A stretch of 64,000 bases of DNA, from NCBI GenBank assembly GCA_038060895.1, contig JBBTCT010000009.1, positions 336,082 through 400,081 of the forward strand, read 5' to 3'. The position numbers and the translations under genes were made by a program. This DNA comes from Planctomycetota bacterium (GTDB lineage Bacteria > Planctomycetota > MHYJ01 > WSZJ01). Each line of letters begins with the position of its first letter. Position 1 is the first letter of the stretch. The notes beneath the pieces are model-generated. The model had not been told where the DNA came from and made no database searches. It saw only the letters and a list, made by a program, of their open reading frames with translations. Positions 49,546 to 58,477 of this stretch are shown piece by piece.

Positions 49546-50790
49546 ATGTCCCGTCACCGCGTCGCGATTACCGGCATCGGCCTCATTACTCCGCTCGGTT
49601 GCGACCGGGAGGAAGTCTGGAAGGCCCTGCTTGCCGGGAAGAGCGGCGTTCGGCCGATCAAGTCGTTCGACACGGCCGGGTTCGATACGAAGATCGGCGC
49701 CGAGTGCATCGACTTCGAACCCTCGCGCTGGATCGACGAGCGAGAGTCGAAGCGTGTGGACAGATTCTCGCAGTTCGGGATCGCTGCCGGCTCGCTGGCG
49801 ATCCAGGATTCGGAACTGAACCTCGAGAAAATCGACCGTACGCGCGCCGGCAGCATCGTCGGCTCCGGCATCGGCGGCCTGCGCGAACTCGAGGAGCAGC
49901 ACAGAAGGCTCTTCGACAAAGGCCCAGGGCGGGTGAGCGCATTCTTCATCCCGAAGCTCATGACCAATGCCGTCCCGGGACAGCTCGCCATTCGCTTCGG
50001 CCTCCGCGGCCCGAATTGGGCCGTCGCGAGCGCCTGCTCGAGCGCGAACCACGCAATGGGCAGCGCGTTCAGGGCGATCCAGTATGGGGAAGCGGACCTC
50101 ATGCTGACGGGCGGGTGCGAGGCGGCCCTGACGCCGAGCGGCCTGGCGGGATTCATGGCGCTCAAGGCGCTCTCAACCAGGAACGAGGCACCCGAGAAGG
50201 CGAGCCGTCCGTTTGACAAGGACCGCGATGGTTTTGTGCTGGGCGAAGGGGCGGGAATCCTGGTGTTCGAGCGGCTTGACCATGCCGTGAAGCGTGGAGG
50301 GAAGATCTACGCGGAGGTGCTCGGCTTCGGTGCAAGCGACGATGCGTATCACATCACGGCCCCGGAACCCGACGGCCAGGGTGCGAGCGCCTGCATGCAG
50401 CTCGCGTTGAAAGATGCGAATGTCCGGCCGGAAGAAATCACCTACATCAACGCGCACGGAACTTCGACCCAGCTGAACGACGCAATCGAGACCAAGGGGA
50501 TCAAGCTGGCGTTCGGGGCCCACGCTTCGAAGCTTCCGATCTCGAGCACGAAATCGATGGTCGGGCATCTGCTCGGTGCGGCAGGCGGCGTGGAACTCGC
50601 CGTGACGGCGATGAGCATCCAGCGCGACATGGCGCATCCGACCATCAACCAGGAATCGAAGGACCCGGAATGCGACCTGGATTACATCCCGAACGTTTCC
50701 CGCAGGTTCGAACAGAAGTACGCTCTTTCGAACTCGTTCGGGTTCGGCGGGCATAATTCCGCGATGCTGGTAGGTAAGTTCAAGAACTAG
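49546..50790 (+). CDS. fabF: 3-oxoacyl-ACP synthase II
   Basis: SACSS, NAHGTST, GHLLGAAG, SNSFGFGGHN. Confidence 0.97.
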   Translation: MSRHRVAITGIGLITPLGCDREEVWKALLAGKSGVRPIKSFDTAGFDTKIGAECIDFEPSRWIDERESKRVDRFSQFGIAAGSLAIQDSELNLEKIDRTRAGSIVGSGIGGLRELEEQHRRLFDKGPGRVSAFFIPKLMTNAVPGQLAIRFGLRGPNWAVASACSSANHAMGSAFRAIQYGEADLMLTGGCEAALTPSGLAGFMALKALSTRNEAPEKASRPFDKDRDGFVLGEGAGILVFERLDHAVKRGGKIYAEVLGFGASDDAYHITAPEPDGQGASACMQLALKDANVRPEEITYINAHGTSTQLNDAIETKGIKLAFGAHASKLPISSTKSMVGHLLGAAGGVELAVTAMSIQRDMAHPTINQESKDPECDLDYIPNVSRRFEQKYALSNSFGFGGHNSAMLVGKFKN

Positions 50791-50808
50791 CCACGCGCGG
50801 AGGGGCCC

Positions 50809-51531
50809 ATGAAGCGGCGGCCCGGGCCATTCAGGTTTGTCATCGCGATCGTCGCTTTCTACGCCTTCGTCTACGGGCTGGCTCTTTCGCCGCCGGCCCC
50901 GGGCACGCGGCCGCGCCTCCGGAACGCTCCCGTAGTGAACGGCGCGACGGATTCCCTGCCTGACCCGGATCCGGAATCGCTGCCGGCGGAGCCTCCGCCA
51001 GGGATTGCCTGGTCGCTGATCCCGCCGCTTCCCGCTTCCCTTGTTCCGGTCGCCGGCCAGGTCCTGCGGCCGGAGACTCGCGAATGGCAGTTCATCGTCG
51101 TGCATCACAGCGGCGGGACCAGCGGCAATGCGGCTGAATTCGACAAGATGCACCGTGAGGTCAACGGATGGGAGCACGGGCTCGGGTATCACTTCGTCGT
51201 CGGAAACGGGACGGGTTCCGTTGCCGGCGGGATTGAAGTCGGCGGGCGATGGATCTCGCAGTTGCACGGCGCGCACGCAGGGGCAAAGGCGACCGGATAC
51301 AACCAGCACGGGATCGGGATCTGCGTGGTCGGAAACTACGAGGAGGGGGAATTCCCCGAGGCGATCTACGCCGGCCTGCGGGATCTCTCGGTGTGGCTTG
51401 CGAGACGCTACGCCATTTCTCCCGACCGGATCCTTCCTCACCGCGAGGTGCGCGGGGAACCGACGGACTGCCCGGGAAAGAACTTCCCGCTCGATCGTTT
51501 GCGCGCCGATGTCGGCGAGGCGCTGAAGTAG
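50809..51531 (+). CDS. Membrane-anchored N-acetylmuramoyl-L-alanine amidase (Amidase_2/PGRP-like)
   Basis: N-terminal TM helix and Pro-rich linker. IVVHHS, GYHFVV, GAHAG, GIGICVVGN, ILPHREV, TDCPG. Confidence 0.88.
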   Translation: MKRRPGPFRFVIAIVAFYAFVYGLALSPPAPGTRPRLRNAPVVNGATDSLPDPDPESLPAEPPPGIAWSLIPPLPASLVPVAGQVLRPETREWQFIVVHHSGGTSGNAAEFDKMHREVNGWEHGLGYHFVVGNGTGSVAGGIEVGGRWISQLHGAHAGAKATGYNQHGIGICVVGNYEEGEFPEAIYAGLRDLSVWLARRYAISPDRILPHREVRGEPTDCPGKNFPLDRLRADVGEALK

Positions 51532-51707
51532 GGTCCCGGGCGTCTTTTTTTCGCAGAAATAAAAATGAAGTGGCGCGATTGCAGCCGTCGCACGCACTTC
51601 CGTAAGATCTTCGCGGGAACGAGAGAGGCGAATCCGAGGGCGCGCGACGGGCCGGCACTCATCATCCATCCCCGCGCCCTGCCTTCGCAATTGGACGAGA
51701 GGGAGAG

Positions 51708-52772
51708 ATGACACCTGTGACGGCCCTCGGTGAGCCGAGGGCAAGGGGAGGCCCGCCGTTCGCGAAGCCTGCGGCGGCGGTCGGGTCGGCAGGCGCGAAG
51801 CTCTCCACGACCGTCACGGGGGCGTGGAACCGCCTGGCGCACGAGGCCTCGAGGCGATTCGTGGAGTCCCGGGGTGCGTGGTCACGAGTCCTTCTCATTT
51901 CCGGTGGCGAGGGAAACGGGAAGTCTCACCTTCTGGCGGCGATCGAGGCCGGGCTGCGTGATGGTCCCGGCCGTCGGCCGGCCGTCGTGCGAGTCACTTG
52001 CGACGATTTCATGCGCCAATTCACCTACGCCTCAACCCAGGGGAGAATGGCCGCCTTCCGGCAGAAGTACCGCTCGACGGAAGTGCTTCTGCTCGACGAC
52101 GTGGACCGGTTGACGGGCCGCCCCGCGACGCAGGAGGAATTTCTTCACGTCTTCGACCACCTCGATTCCGCAGGCCGGAGCATCGTCGTTTCGACGCGCG
52201 TAAAGCCGCGAGACATCGCGGGGCTGCGTGGCCCACTTCTCTCTCGCCTCTCTGCGGCGATGCAGGTCCGGCTGGAACCTCCCGACGAGCCAGGCCGGCG
52301 CTCGCTCCTCCAGCTTGCCGCGCTGAGAGATCGCCGCACGCTGCCGTCCGATGTGCTGGCAGCGGCCGCTTCCATGCCAGGAAACGTGCGCGACGTTCTC
52401 GGCCGCTGGGCCCGGCTTTGCGACCTCGCGACCATTTCCGTCTCGGCGGCCTACGCCGCCGGCGGGCCGGCGAAGTCCGCCGGGCCCACGCTGGACGGCA
52501 TTCTCGAAGCGGTGGCCCGGCAATTCGGGCTGCGCACCGCAGAGATCACGGGGAGCGGCCGGGCAAGGCGGCTCACGGCGCCGAGACACGTCTGCTTCTT
52601 CCTTGCGAAGCAACTGACCTCTCACTCGCTGCAGGAAATCGCGAAGCATTTTGGCGGCAAGAACCACGCGACGGTTCTGTATGCGTGCAAGAAGCTGGCC
52701 CAGGGCTTGCCGGGCGATCCTGAGCTGCGGAAGCGTGTCGACGCCTGCAGGGACCGCGTCCAGGTGATCTGA
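51708..52772 (+). CDS. DnaA-like AAA+ protein (domains III and IV only)
   Basis: Walker A GGEGNGKSH, LLLDDVD, TQEEFLHVF, SRL, NVRD. Domain IV SLQEIAKHFGGKNHATV. Only 354 aa. Confidence 0.88.
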   Translation: MTPVTALGEPRARGGPPFAKPAAAVGSAGAKLSTTVTGAWNRLAHEASRRFVESRGAWSRVLLISGGEGNGKSHLLAAIEAGLRDGPGRRPAVVRVTCDDFMRQFTYASTQGRMAAFRQKYRSTEVLLLDDVDRLTGRPATQEEFLHVFDHLDSAGRSIVVSTRVKPRDIAGLRGPLLSRLSAAMQVRLEPPDEPGRRSLLQLAALRDRRTLPSDVLAAAASMPGNVRDVLGRWARLCDLATISVSAAYAAGGPAKSAGPTLDGILEAVARQFGLRTAEITGSGRARRLTAPRHVCFFLAKQLTSHSLQEIAKHFGGKNHATVLYACKKLAQGLPGDPELRKRVDACRDRVQVI

Positions 52773-52844
52773 CGCCGGAGAGTCACAGCAGGCCGCGAGA
52801 GCGCGGAGTGCCAGGCATCAGCGTTTGATCGAGGAGAAGCGCGC

Positions 52845-54713
52845 ATGCGGGTCGTCCTGCTGTACTTCCTGGCCGCCGCGAGCGCTTCCGCACTCGACGC
52901 GATCACGACGGAATCGCTCCTTGCGGAGATGACGGACCTTGAGCGGCTCGCCCGCCCGGCGACGTACACCTGCCGGCAATTCTCGAGCTACGACCGGCTG
53001 TGCACGAAAGGGGACCCCTTCGCGAACGCGGACCGGGGGAACTACCTTCGGAAGGACGGCGACGCCTACGTGCTCGCCGAGGCGACCGGGCCGGGAGCGA
53101 TCGTGCGGATCTGGAGCGCGAACCCGGAGGGAACGCTGAGGATCAGGCTGGACGATCGCGAAGTGCTGAAAGCGGACTTCAAGTCGCTCCTCTCGGGCGG
53201 TGTGTCACCGTTCCTGGAACCGCTGAGCGGGATGCGGGCGCTGGGAGGCAACCTGTACTTCCCCTTCCCTTACAAGAAGTCCATGCAGGTCACCTGTTCC
53301 GTCGGCAACCAGTACTACCACGTCGGGGCGCGCGCCTGGCCCGAAGGCACCAAGGTTGTAGCGTACTCGCCGTACCGGATGCCGGACGCGGCGATCGAAA
53401 GGGCCCGCGCGGATCTCAAAGAAGGGGCGCCGGCGCCGAAAGACTGCGTACGGCGTGCTCTGGGGCAGGAGTTCGGCGGGCCGGGAACAATTTCGGAAAT
53501 CTCGCTGAAGGCTTCGGGTTCCCGGCTGCGCGAAGCGGCGCTGAAGATCACCATCGACGGGGAAGTCTGCGCCTGGGCGCCTCTTCCGGATTTCTTCGCG
53601 GTCGGGCCGGCACCTGTGTTTCTGTCGACGTTCGCGATGTCAGCCGCGCAGGACGGCACGCTGGTCTGCCGGTTCCCGATGCCTTTCGAAAAGTCGGCCC
53701 TGGTCGAGGTCGAACTTCCCGCCGACGGGGCCAGGGTCGAGGGATCGCTTCTCGTGAAGCCGGGAACCTGCGGACCCTTTCGCTTTCACGCCTGGTGGAA
53801 CGGGACGCTGAAGTTGAAGACGCGGCCGATGTCGGACTGGCCCGTGCTGAGAGGCGAGGGGCGCGGTCGGCTGGTTGGGACGGCGCTGGTGGTGCGAAAT
53901 CCCGTGAAGCAATGGTGGGGCGAAGGAGATGAGAAGATTTCGATCGATGGCGAGGCGTTCCCATCGACGTTCGGCACCGGGACGGAGGACTACTTCGGCT
54001 ATGCGTGGTGCGACACCGGGAAATTCAGCGCTCCCTATCACGCGCAGTCGCGCTGCGACGGCCCCGGCAACCGCGGGTGGACATCGGTCAATCGCTTCCA
54101 CATCCTCGACGACATTCCGTTCGAGAAGTCGATCCGTTTTGACATGGAGGTCTGGCACTGGGACGACTGCGTGATGGGGTATGCGACGACGGCCTACTGG
54201 TACGCCGAGCCGGGGTTCAGGCACGACGCGAAGGTGGCGCCGGTCGAAGCTCGTCTGGCGCCGCCGATGGAGCCTGCGTTTGCGGTGACGGGTGCGATCG
54301 AGGGCGAGGGGATGAAGGTCGAGAAGTGCACGGCGGGTGAAGCTGTGAAGCAGGACATGTCGGCATATGGCGAAGGGTGGAGCGGCGAGGCCCAGTTGTG
54401 GTGGAAGGGTGGGCGCGCCGGGGACGCGCTGACGCTCGCGTTCGAAAGTGCAATGGAAGGGAAGCGGATCCTGGCGATTGCGATGACGCAAGCGCCTGAT
54501 TACGGGAAGGTCCGAGTGAGCATCAATGGAGTCGTGGTGCTCGAGGAGGTTGATCTGCACGCGGGGACTGTGAAGAGGCTTCCGGAGGAATGTGTGACGG
54601 CGGAATTGAAGAAGGGGAAGAACGAGATTCGCATTCAGATCACGGGAACGAATCCGGATGCCGAGCCGGCGAATCATCTGGTGGGGCTGGATTACGTTCG
54701 TGTCGTGGAGTAG
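52845..54713 (+). CDS. Exported DUF2961 (GH172-like) glycoside hydrolase with C-terminal beta-sandwich
   Basis: Signal peptide. FSSYDR, GPGAIVRIW, FPMPFEKS, WWGEGDE, GTGTEDYF, RFHILDDIPF. Confidence 0.85.
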   Translation: MRVVLLYFLAAASASALDAITTESLLAEMTDLERLARPATYTCRQFSSYDRLCTKGDPFANADRGNYLRKDGDAYVLAEATGPGAIVRIWSANPEGTLRIRLDDREVLKADFKSLLSGGVSPFLEPLSGMRALGGNLYFPFPYKKSMQVTCSVGNQYYHVGARAWPEGTKVVAYSPYRMPDAAIERARADLKEGAPAPKDCVRRALGQEFGGPGTISEISLKASGSRLREAALKITIDGEVCAWAPLPDFFAVGPAPVFLSTFAMSAAQDGTLVCRFPMPFEKSALVEVELPADGARVEGSLLVKPGTCGPFRFHAWWNGTLKLKTRPMSDWPVLRGEGRGRLVGTALVVRNPVKQWWGEGDEKISIDGEAFPSTFGTGTEDYFGYAWCDTGKFSAPYHAQSRCDGPGNRGWTSVNRFHILDDIPFEKSIRFDMEVWHWDDCVMGYATTAYWYAEPGFRHDAKVAPVEARLAPPMEPAFAVTGAIEGEGMKVEKCTAGEAVKQDMSAYGEGWSGEAQLWWKGGRAGDALTLAFESAMEGKRILAIAMTQAPDYGKVRVSINGVVVLEEVDLHAGTVKRLPEECVTAELKKGKNEIRIQITGTNPDAEPANHLVGLDYVRVVE

Positions 54714-54913
54714 ATCCGTGGATCAGGGGGTGAAACGCCGGGCGAGTGTCAATTCTCCTGACGGACTTCGTGGCCTGCCGGCAAGAGTCCTGACAATTTT
54801 TCCAGGGGCCGGAACGGTTCGCCTTGATTGCGTCGCCATAAAGTCAATAGTTCCAATGGGTTGCGGGGTTAACAGGTCCCGCTCCGGCCATTCGAATCTC
54901 CGCGCGAACCGGC

Positions 54914-54941
54914 GAAACTTCCCCAAGTCCTGCGGGTTCAA
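54914..54941 (+). promoter_or_regulatory. Putative ECF sigma promoter
   Basis: GAAACTT-N15-GTTCAA, ending 5 nt before the GTG of the anti-sigma gene. Confidence 0.5.
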
Positions 54942-54946
54942 TTCCC

Positions 54947-55459
54947 GTGAGCTGCAAAGACCACGAAAAAAACCTCCTTCCGTTTCTCGACGGCCGGCTC
55001 GACCCCGGGGCCGCCGCCAACGTCGAGGCCCACCTCAAGGGCTGCCTCGCCTGCTCCAGCGAAGTCGCACGGATCCGCCAGACGTGGAATCTCCTGGGCT
55101 ACTTCCCGGGACGCAACGTCAGCCGACAGTTTCCCGCCCGCCTGCTCGAGGCCGCACGGATCCAGCTCGAGGTCGAACGCCGCTGGACCCATAAGCTCCG
55201 CCGCCACCTCCCGATCATCGCTTCCGCAGCTGTCGTCCTCCTCGTCTTCGGCGTGACAATGCTCCTGGGACCGTCGCACATCACCTCCGCTTACGACCGC
55301 GAACTCGCCAGTCTTTCCAGCGATGAGGAACGCGCGGTTGTCCAGAATCTCGACCTGTACGAGAACCTCGACACCGTCCAGAACATCGACGTCCTGGAAG
55401 ACGACCAGGTCGTCGAATACCTCGACCTCGTCACGAGCCTCAGCGATGAAGATTTCTAG
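54947..55459 (+). CDS. Transmembrane zinc-binding anti-sigma factor (zf-HC2/ZAS)
   Basis: C...FLDGRL...HLKGCLAC (HxxxCxxC), one TM helix, acidic C-terminal tail. Confidence 0.85.
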   Translation: MSCKDHEKNLLPFLDGRLDPGAAANVEAHLKGCLACSSEVARIRQTWNLLGYFPGRNVSRQFPARLLEAARIQLEVERRWTHKLRRHLPIIASAAVVLLVFGVTMLLGPSHITSAYDRELASLSSDEERAVVQNLDLYENLDTVQNIDVLEDDQVVEYLDLVTSLSDEDF

Positions 55460-56060
55460 CGCCATCCTTACGACCATCTTCATGCTCGCCGCGCCTTTCG
55501 TCGGCGCTACTCAGGGGGATTCCACACCCGCAAAGCCCTCGGTCGAGGTCCTCCGCCGCAACATCGAACACTGGAAGTCGCTTCCGCAGACCGAGCGCGA
55601 GCGCATCAGGAATGCCTACCGCCAGTACCAGGCCCTCAAGCCCGAACAGGTCTCCGTCGTTCAGGACAACTTCCGAAAATTCCGGAATATGCCTGCAGAG
55701 CGCCGCCGTGAGCTGTCGAAGAAGCTGCAGGGCCTGCCTGCCCAGGATCGCGAGCGTGTGGCGCAGAAGCTTCGCGAGCTGCAGAACATGGGACAGGACA
55801 GGCGGAAAATGGCGATCGAGTTCGCGCGACTGGCGCATAGCCTGACGCCCGAGCAGAAACGCCAGCTGAAGGAGCTTTCCAGCCCGGAGGAGAAGAAGCA
55901 GTTCGGCCAGCGCCTGATGAGGGAGCAGGTCTTGAAGCGATACCTGCAAGACCTGTCCCCCGACGAGCGCGCCGCATTTCATTCGCTTCAACGCCCCGAG
56001 CAGAAACGCCGCCTCCAGAAGGACTTCAGGGATCGGGCGATGCGCGGCCCGCCCAAGTGA
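55446..56060 (+). CDS. Exported helical-repeat protein (DUF3106-like)
   Basis: Signal peptide. Repeats WKSLPQTER, YQALKPEQ, FRNMPAERR, LTPEQK, LSPDER. Confidence 0.78.
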   Translation: MKISSAILTTIFMLAAPFVGATQGDSTPAKPSVEVLRRNIEHWKSLPQTERERIRNAYRQYQALKPEQVSVVQDNFRKFRNMPAERRRELSKKLQGLPAQDRERVAQKLRELQNMGQDRRKMAIEFARLAHSLTPEQKRQLKELSSPEEKKQFGQRLMREQVLKRYLQDLSPDERAAFHSLQRPEQKRRLQKDFRDRAMRGPPK

Positions 56061-56075
56061 GCGAGGAGGACCGAC

Positions 56076-56492
56076 ATGAAGCGGCTCTTTCTGGCCGGAA
56101 CAGCCCTCGCGATGACCCTCGCGGGGGCTTTTCCTTTGTACGCAGGGGATCGCGGTGAGGCGTGGGGGAATCTGCTGAGACGGTGCGACAGCCGGATGTC
56201 GCGGGCCGACGAACAGAAGCTCGGCCGGGCGCTCGAAAATCTGCCCGATCGCGACAAGGCGAGGTTGCGGGCAAGGCTGAAGCGGATTGAGCTGTTGACC
56301 CGGGCCTGGGTGCGCGCGGAACGCCAGGCGAAGACGGCGGCGGCAGCTCGGGCCGTGCTCGGGCTGTTCGGCGCTGCGCCGGGTGTGCCCATGAACCTCC
56401 GGCCGACCCTCGACTTCATCATGGAACTCAACGGGTTCGGAACCAGGAAGGAGCCGGGAATTCTCGGGAAGCGAGGGAAGAAGATGTTCTAG
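56076..56492 (+). CDS. Small exported basic hypothetical protein
   Basis: SD GAGGAGG, signal-peptide-like N-terminus, followed by a terminator. Confidence 0.7.
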   Translation: MKRLFLAGTALAMTLAGAFPLYAGDRGEAWGNLLRRCDSRMSRADEQKLGRALENLPDRDKARLRARLKRIELLTRAWVRAERQAKTAAAARAVLGLFGAAPGVPMNLRPTLDFIMELNGFGTRKEPGILGKRGKKMF

Positions 56493-56516
56493 CGTCGGGA
56501 CCGGGATACGACCCTG

Positions 56517-56551
56517 AAGCGACCCGCCGGATCCTGCGGGTCGCTTTTTTT
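56517..56551 (+). terminator. Rho-independent terminator
   Basis: AAGCGACCCGC-N8-GCGGGTCGCTT followed by a T-run. Confidence 0.88.
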
Positions 56552-56687
56552 GTTGCTCCGGCACAGAGAGTGTCCGGGAATCAAATGTTGAGCGCGGGCC
56601 GTCCGTATTACAGTGGGCCGCAGAAGGTCGCCGGTGGCCTCTTGACGCGAGAAACCCGCGTCGCCTCGGATTTCAAAGGAGTCTTCC

Positions 56688-57995
56688 GTGATCTCCATAC
56701 TGCGCCGAGTTCTCTGTCAAGCCCTCGTCCTCTGCGCGGCATCAAGCGCTCTCGCGCTGGATCCTCCGGCCTACGTCCTCGCGCTGGATGAAACTTACAA
56801 ATGGTCCGCCAAGACCACTTCGCCGCTGGAAGGCGCCGAAGTAACGGTCCTCAGGCTGACCTCCCAGACCTGGCAGGGGATGAAGTGGCGCCACTGGATG
56901 CACGTCATCAAGCCCGCGAAGATCTCGCATCCCGACCAGGCGCTGCTTGTGATAGCCGGCGGGCGCAGCCGGAAAGAGGAGCCCGGCCCGAACTCCATGG
57001 AAGTCGGGCTGCTCCGGGACATCGCGATCCGCACGGGCTCGATCATCGCGGTTGTCGGCCAGATCCCCAACCAGCCGATTTTCGACGGAAAATCCGAGGA
57101 CGAGATCATTGCTTACACATTTCAGCAGTTCCTCGAGACAAAGGATGAGTCCTGGCCTGCACTTTTGCCCATGACCAAGGCGGCGATGCGCGCGATGGAC
57201 GCAACGCAGGCCTTCGCGAAGGAGCGTTACGACATCAAACTCGAGAAATTCGTCGTAACCGGTGCCTCCAAGAGGGGCTGGACGACCTGGCTGACAGCCG
57301 CCTTCGACAACCGCGTCGAGGCAATCGCGCCGATGGTGATCGATACGCTCAATTTCGAGCGACAGATGCCGCTTCAACTCGAGTCCTTCGGCAAGTTCTC
57401 CGAGCAGATCAAGGACTACACGGAGCTGGACCTTCCGAAGAGGATGCAGACGGAGGAAGGGAAGCGGCTGGTGCAGTTGATCGACCCTTACGCCTACCTG
57501 GACAAGCTGACGATGCCAAAGCTGATCGTGCTGGGGACGAACGATCGGTACTGGCCGGTGGACGCGGCGAAGATGTACTTCGGCGACCTGAAGGGCGAGA
57601 AGCACATTCACGAGGTGCCGAACGCGGGGCACGGGTTGGGAGCGGGCGTGATTGAGGCGGTTACGGCGTTTTACCTCGACGTGCTCGACCGCAAGGCCCG
57701 GCCAAACTATGCATGGAAGACGGCGGTGACCGGCGAGGAGTCGGTCACGACCCTGACGGCGACGGACCTGCCGGTGAAGGTTGAGCTGTGGACAGCTACA
57801 AGCGCTTCGCGGGATTTCCGGGATGCGAAATGGAGCGGCGAAGTAATCCCCGGGGATGACGGCCGGTGGGAGGCACGGGTCAAGCTGCCTGAGAAAGGAT
57901 TTGCGGCCTACCACCTGCGAATGACCTTTGAGGGCTCCGCCGGGCAGGAGTATGCGCTGTCCACCAATGTTGAAGTGATTGGAGCGAAACCTTAA
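56688..57995 (+). CDS. PhoPQ-activated pathogenicity-related protein PqaA family (alpha/beta hydrolase), exported
   Basis: LTSQTW, QIPNQP, EDEIIA, LPMTKAA, GASKRGWTTW, VPNAGH. SD AAGGAG. Confidence 0.88.
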   Translation: MISILRRVLCQALVLCAASSALALDPPAYVLALDETYKWSAKTTSPLEGAEVTVLRLTSQTWQGMKWRHWMHVIKPAKISHPDQALLVIAGGRSRKEEPGPNSMEVGLLRDIAIRTGSIIAVVGQIPNQPIFDGKSEDEIIAYTFQQFLETKDESWPALLPMTKAAMRAMDATQAFAKERYDIKLEKFVVTGASKRGWTTWLTAAFDNRVEAIAPMVIDTLNFERQMPLQLESFGKFSEQIKDYTELDLPKRMQTEEGKRLVQLIDPYAYLDKLTMPKLIVLGTNDRYWPVDAAKMYFGDLKGEKHIHEVPNAGHGLGAGVIEAVTAFYLDVLDRKARPNYAWKTAVTGEESVTTLTATDLPVKVELWTATSASRDFRDAKWSGEVIPGDDGRWEARVKLPEKGFAAYHLRMTFEGSAGQEYALSTNVEVIGAKP

Positions 57996-58081
57996 GGATG
58001 CCGACGCGGGAGGGCAATCCCAACTCGACGGCCTGCCTGTGTTTCGTTGATCTGGCCGAGCGGGGTTGTTCCCCCGTCAAT

Positions 58082-58432
58082 GTGATCCCTCTTGCCGGAT
58101 ACCGTTGGGCAATATTCGAAATGGCTACACGAACAATCTGGATCGGAGGCCCTGGCGATACTTCGCACCTGACAGTGGCGGAAAGGGCCGGGGTTCTGAA
58201 AAAGCCCGTGGCGTACTACAGGCCCGGACCGGACGCCCAGATTTGTGGCGGCTACGTGGTCCGATCGGTAGAAGGCCAATTCATGTTCGATCCGTTCTCG
58301 GGCACATTCCCAGGAACTGTTGGGATGTGCCCGGAGGCAGACCATGTCCTTGCAATCTGCTGCGCGCGCGACGGAATGAAGTGGGCGCAATTTGAGATCT
58401 CGAAATCGCCTGGCCGCAATGTGCGCCCATGA
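58082..58432 (+). CDS. Hypothetical protein, possibly polymorphic-toxin-like domain (start uncertain; ORF open from 57998)
   Basis: Visibly lower-GC stretch. Motif pattern IFE..T....G....SH...A..AG...GGY..R...G......SG. Confidence 0.45.
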   Translation: MIPLAGYRWAIFEMATRTIWIGGPGDTSHLTVAERAGVLKKPVAYYRPGPDAQICGGYVVRSVEGQFMFDPFSGTFPGTVGMCPEADHVLAICCARDGMKWAQFEISKSPGRNVRP

Positions 58433-58477
58433 ATTTCGCCGGGCGTTCGTCATCGAGCTGAAATCCGGCCAGCCTCG

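Noticed and set aside
51532-51707. Possible oriC upstream of the DnaA-like gene
   Set aside because: No consensus DnaA boxes seen, no dnaN/gyrB context, and only a short AT-rich patch.
54932-54948. GCGGG-TTCAATT-CCCGT resembles a tRNA T-arm
   Set aside because: No matching acceptor stem, D-arm or anticodon arm upstream. It overlaps the ECF-like -10 and the anti-sigma start codon.
56552-56687. Several small hairpins upstream of pqaA as a possible riboswitch
   Set aside because: No riboswitch consensus recognised, and short GC stems are expected by chance. An Rfam/Infernal search would be needed.
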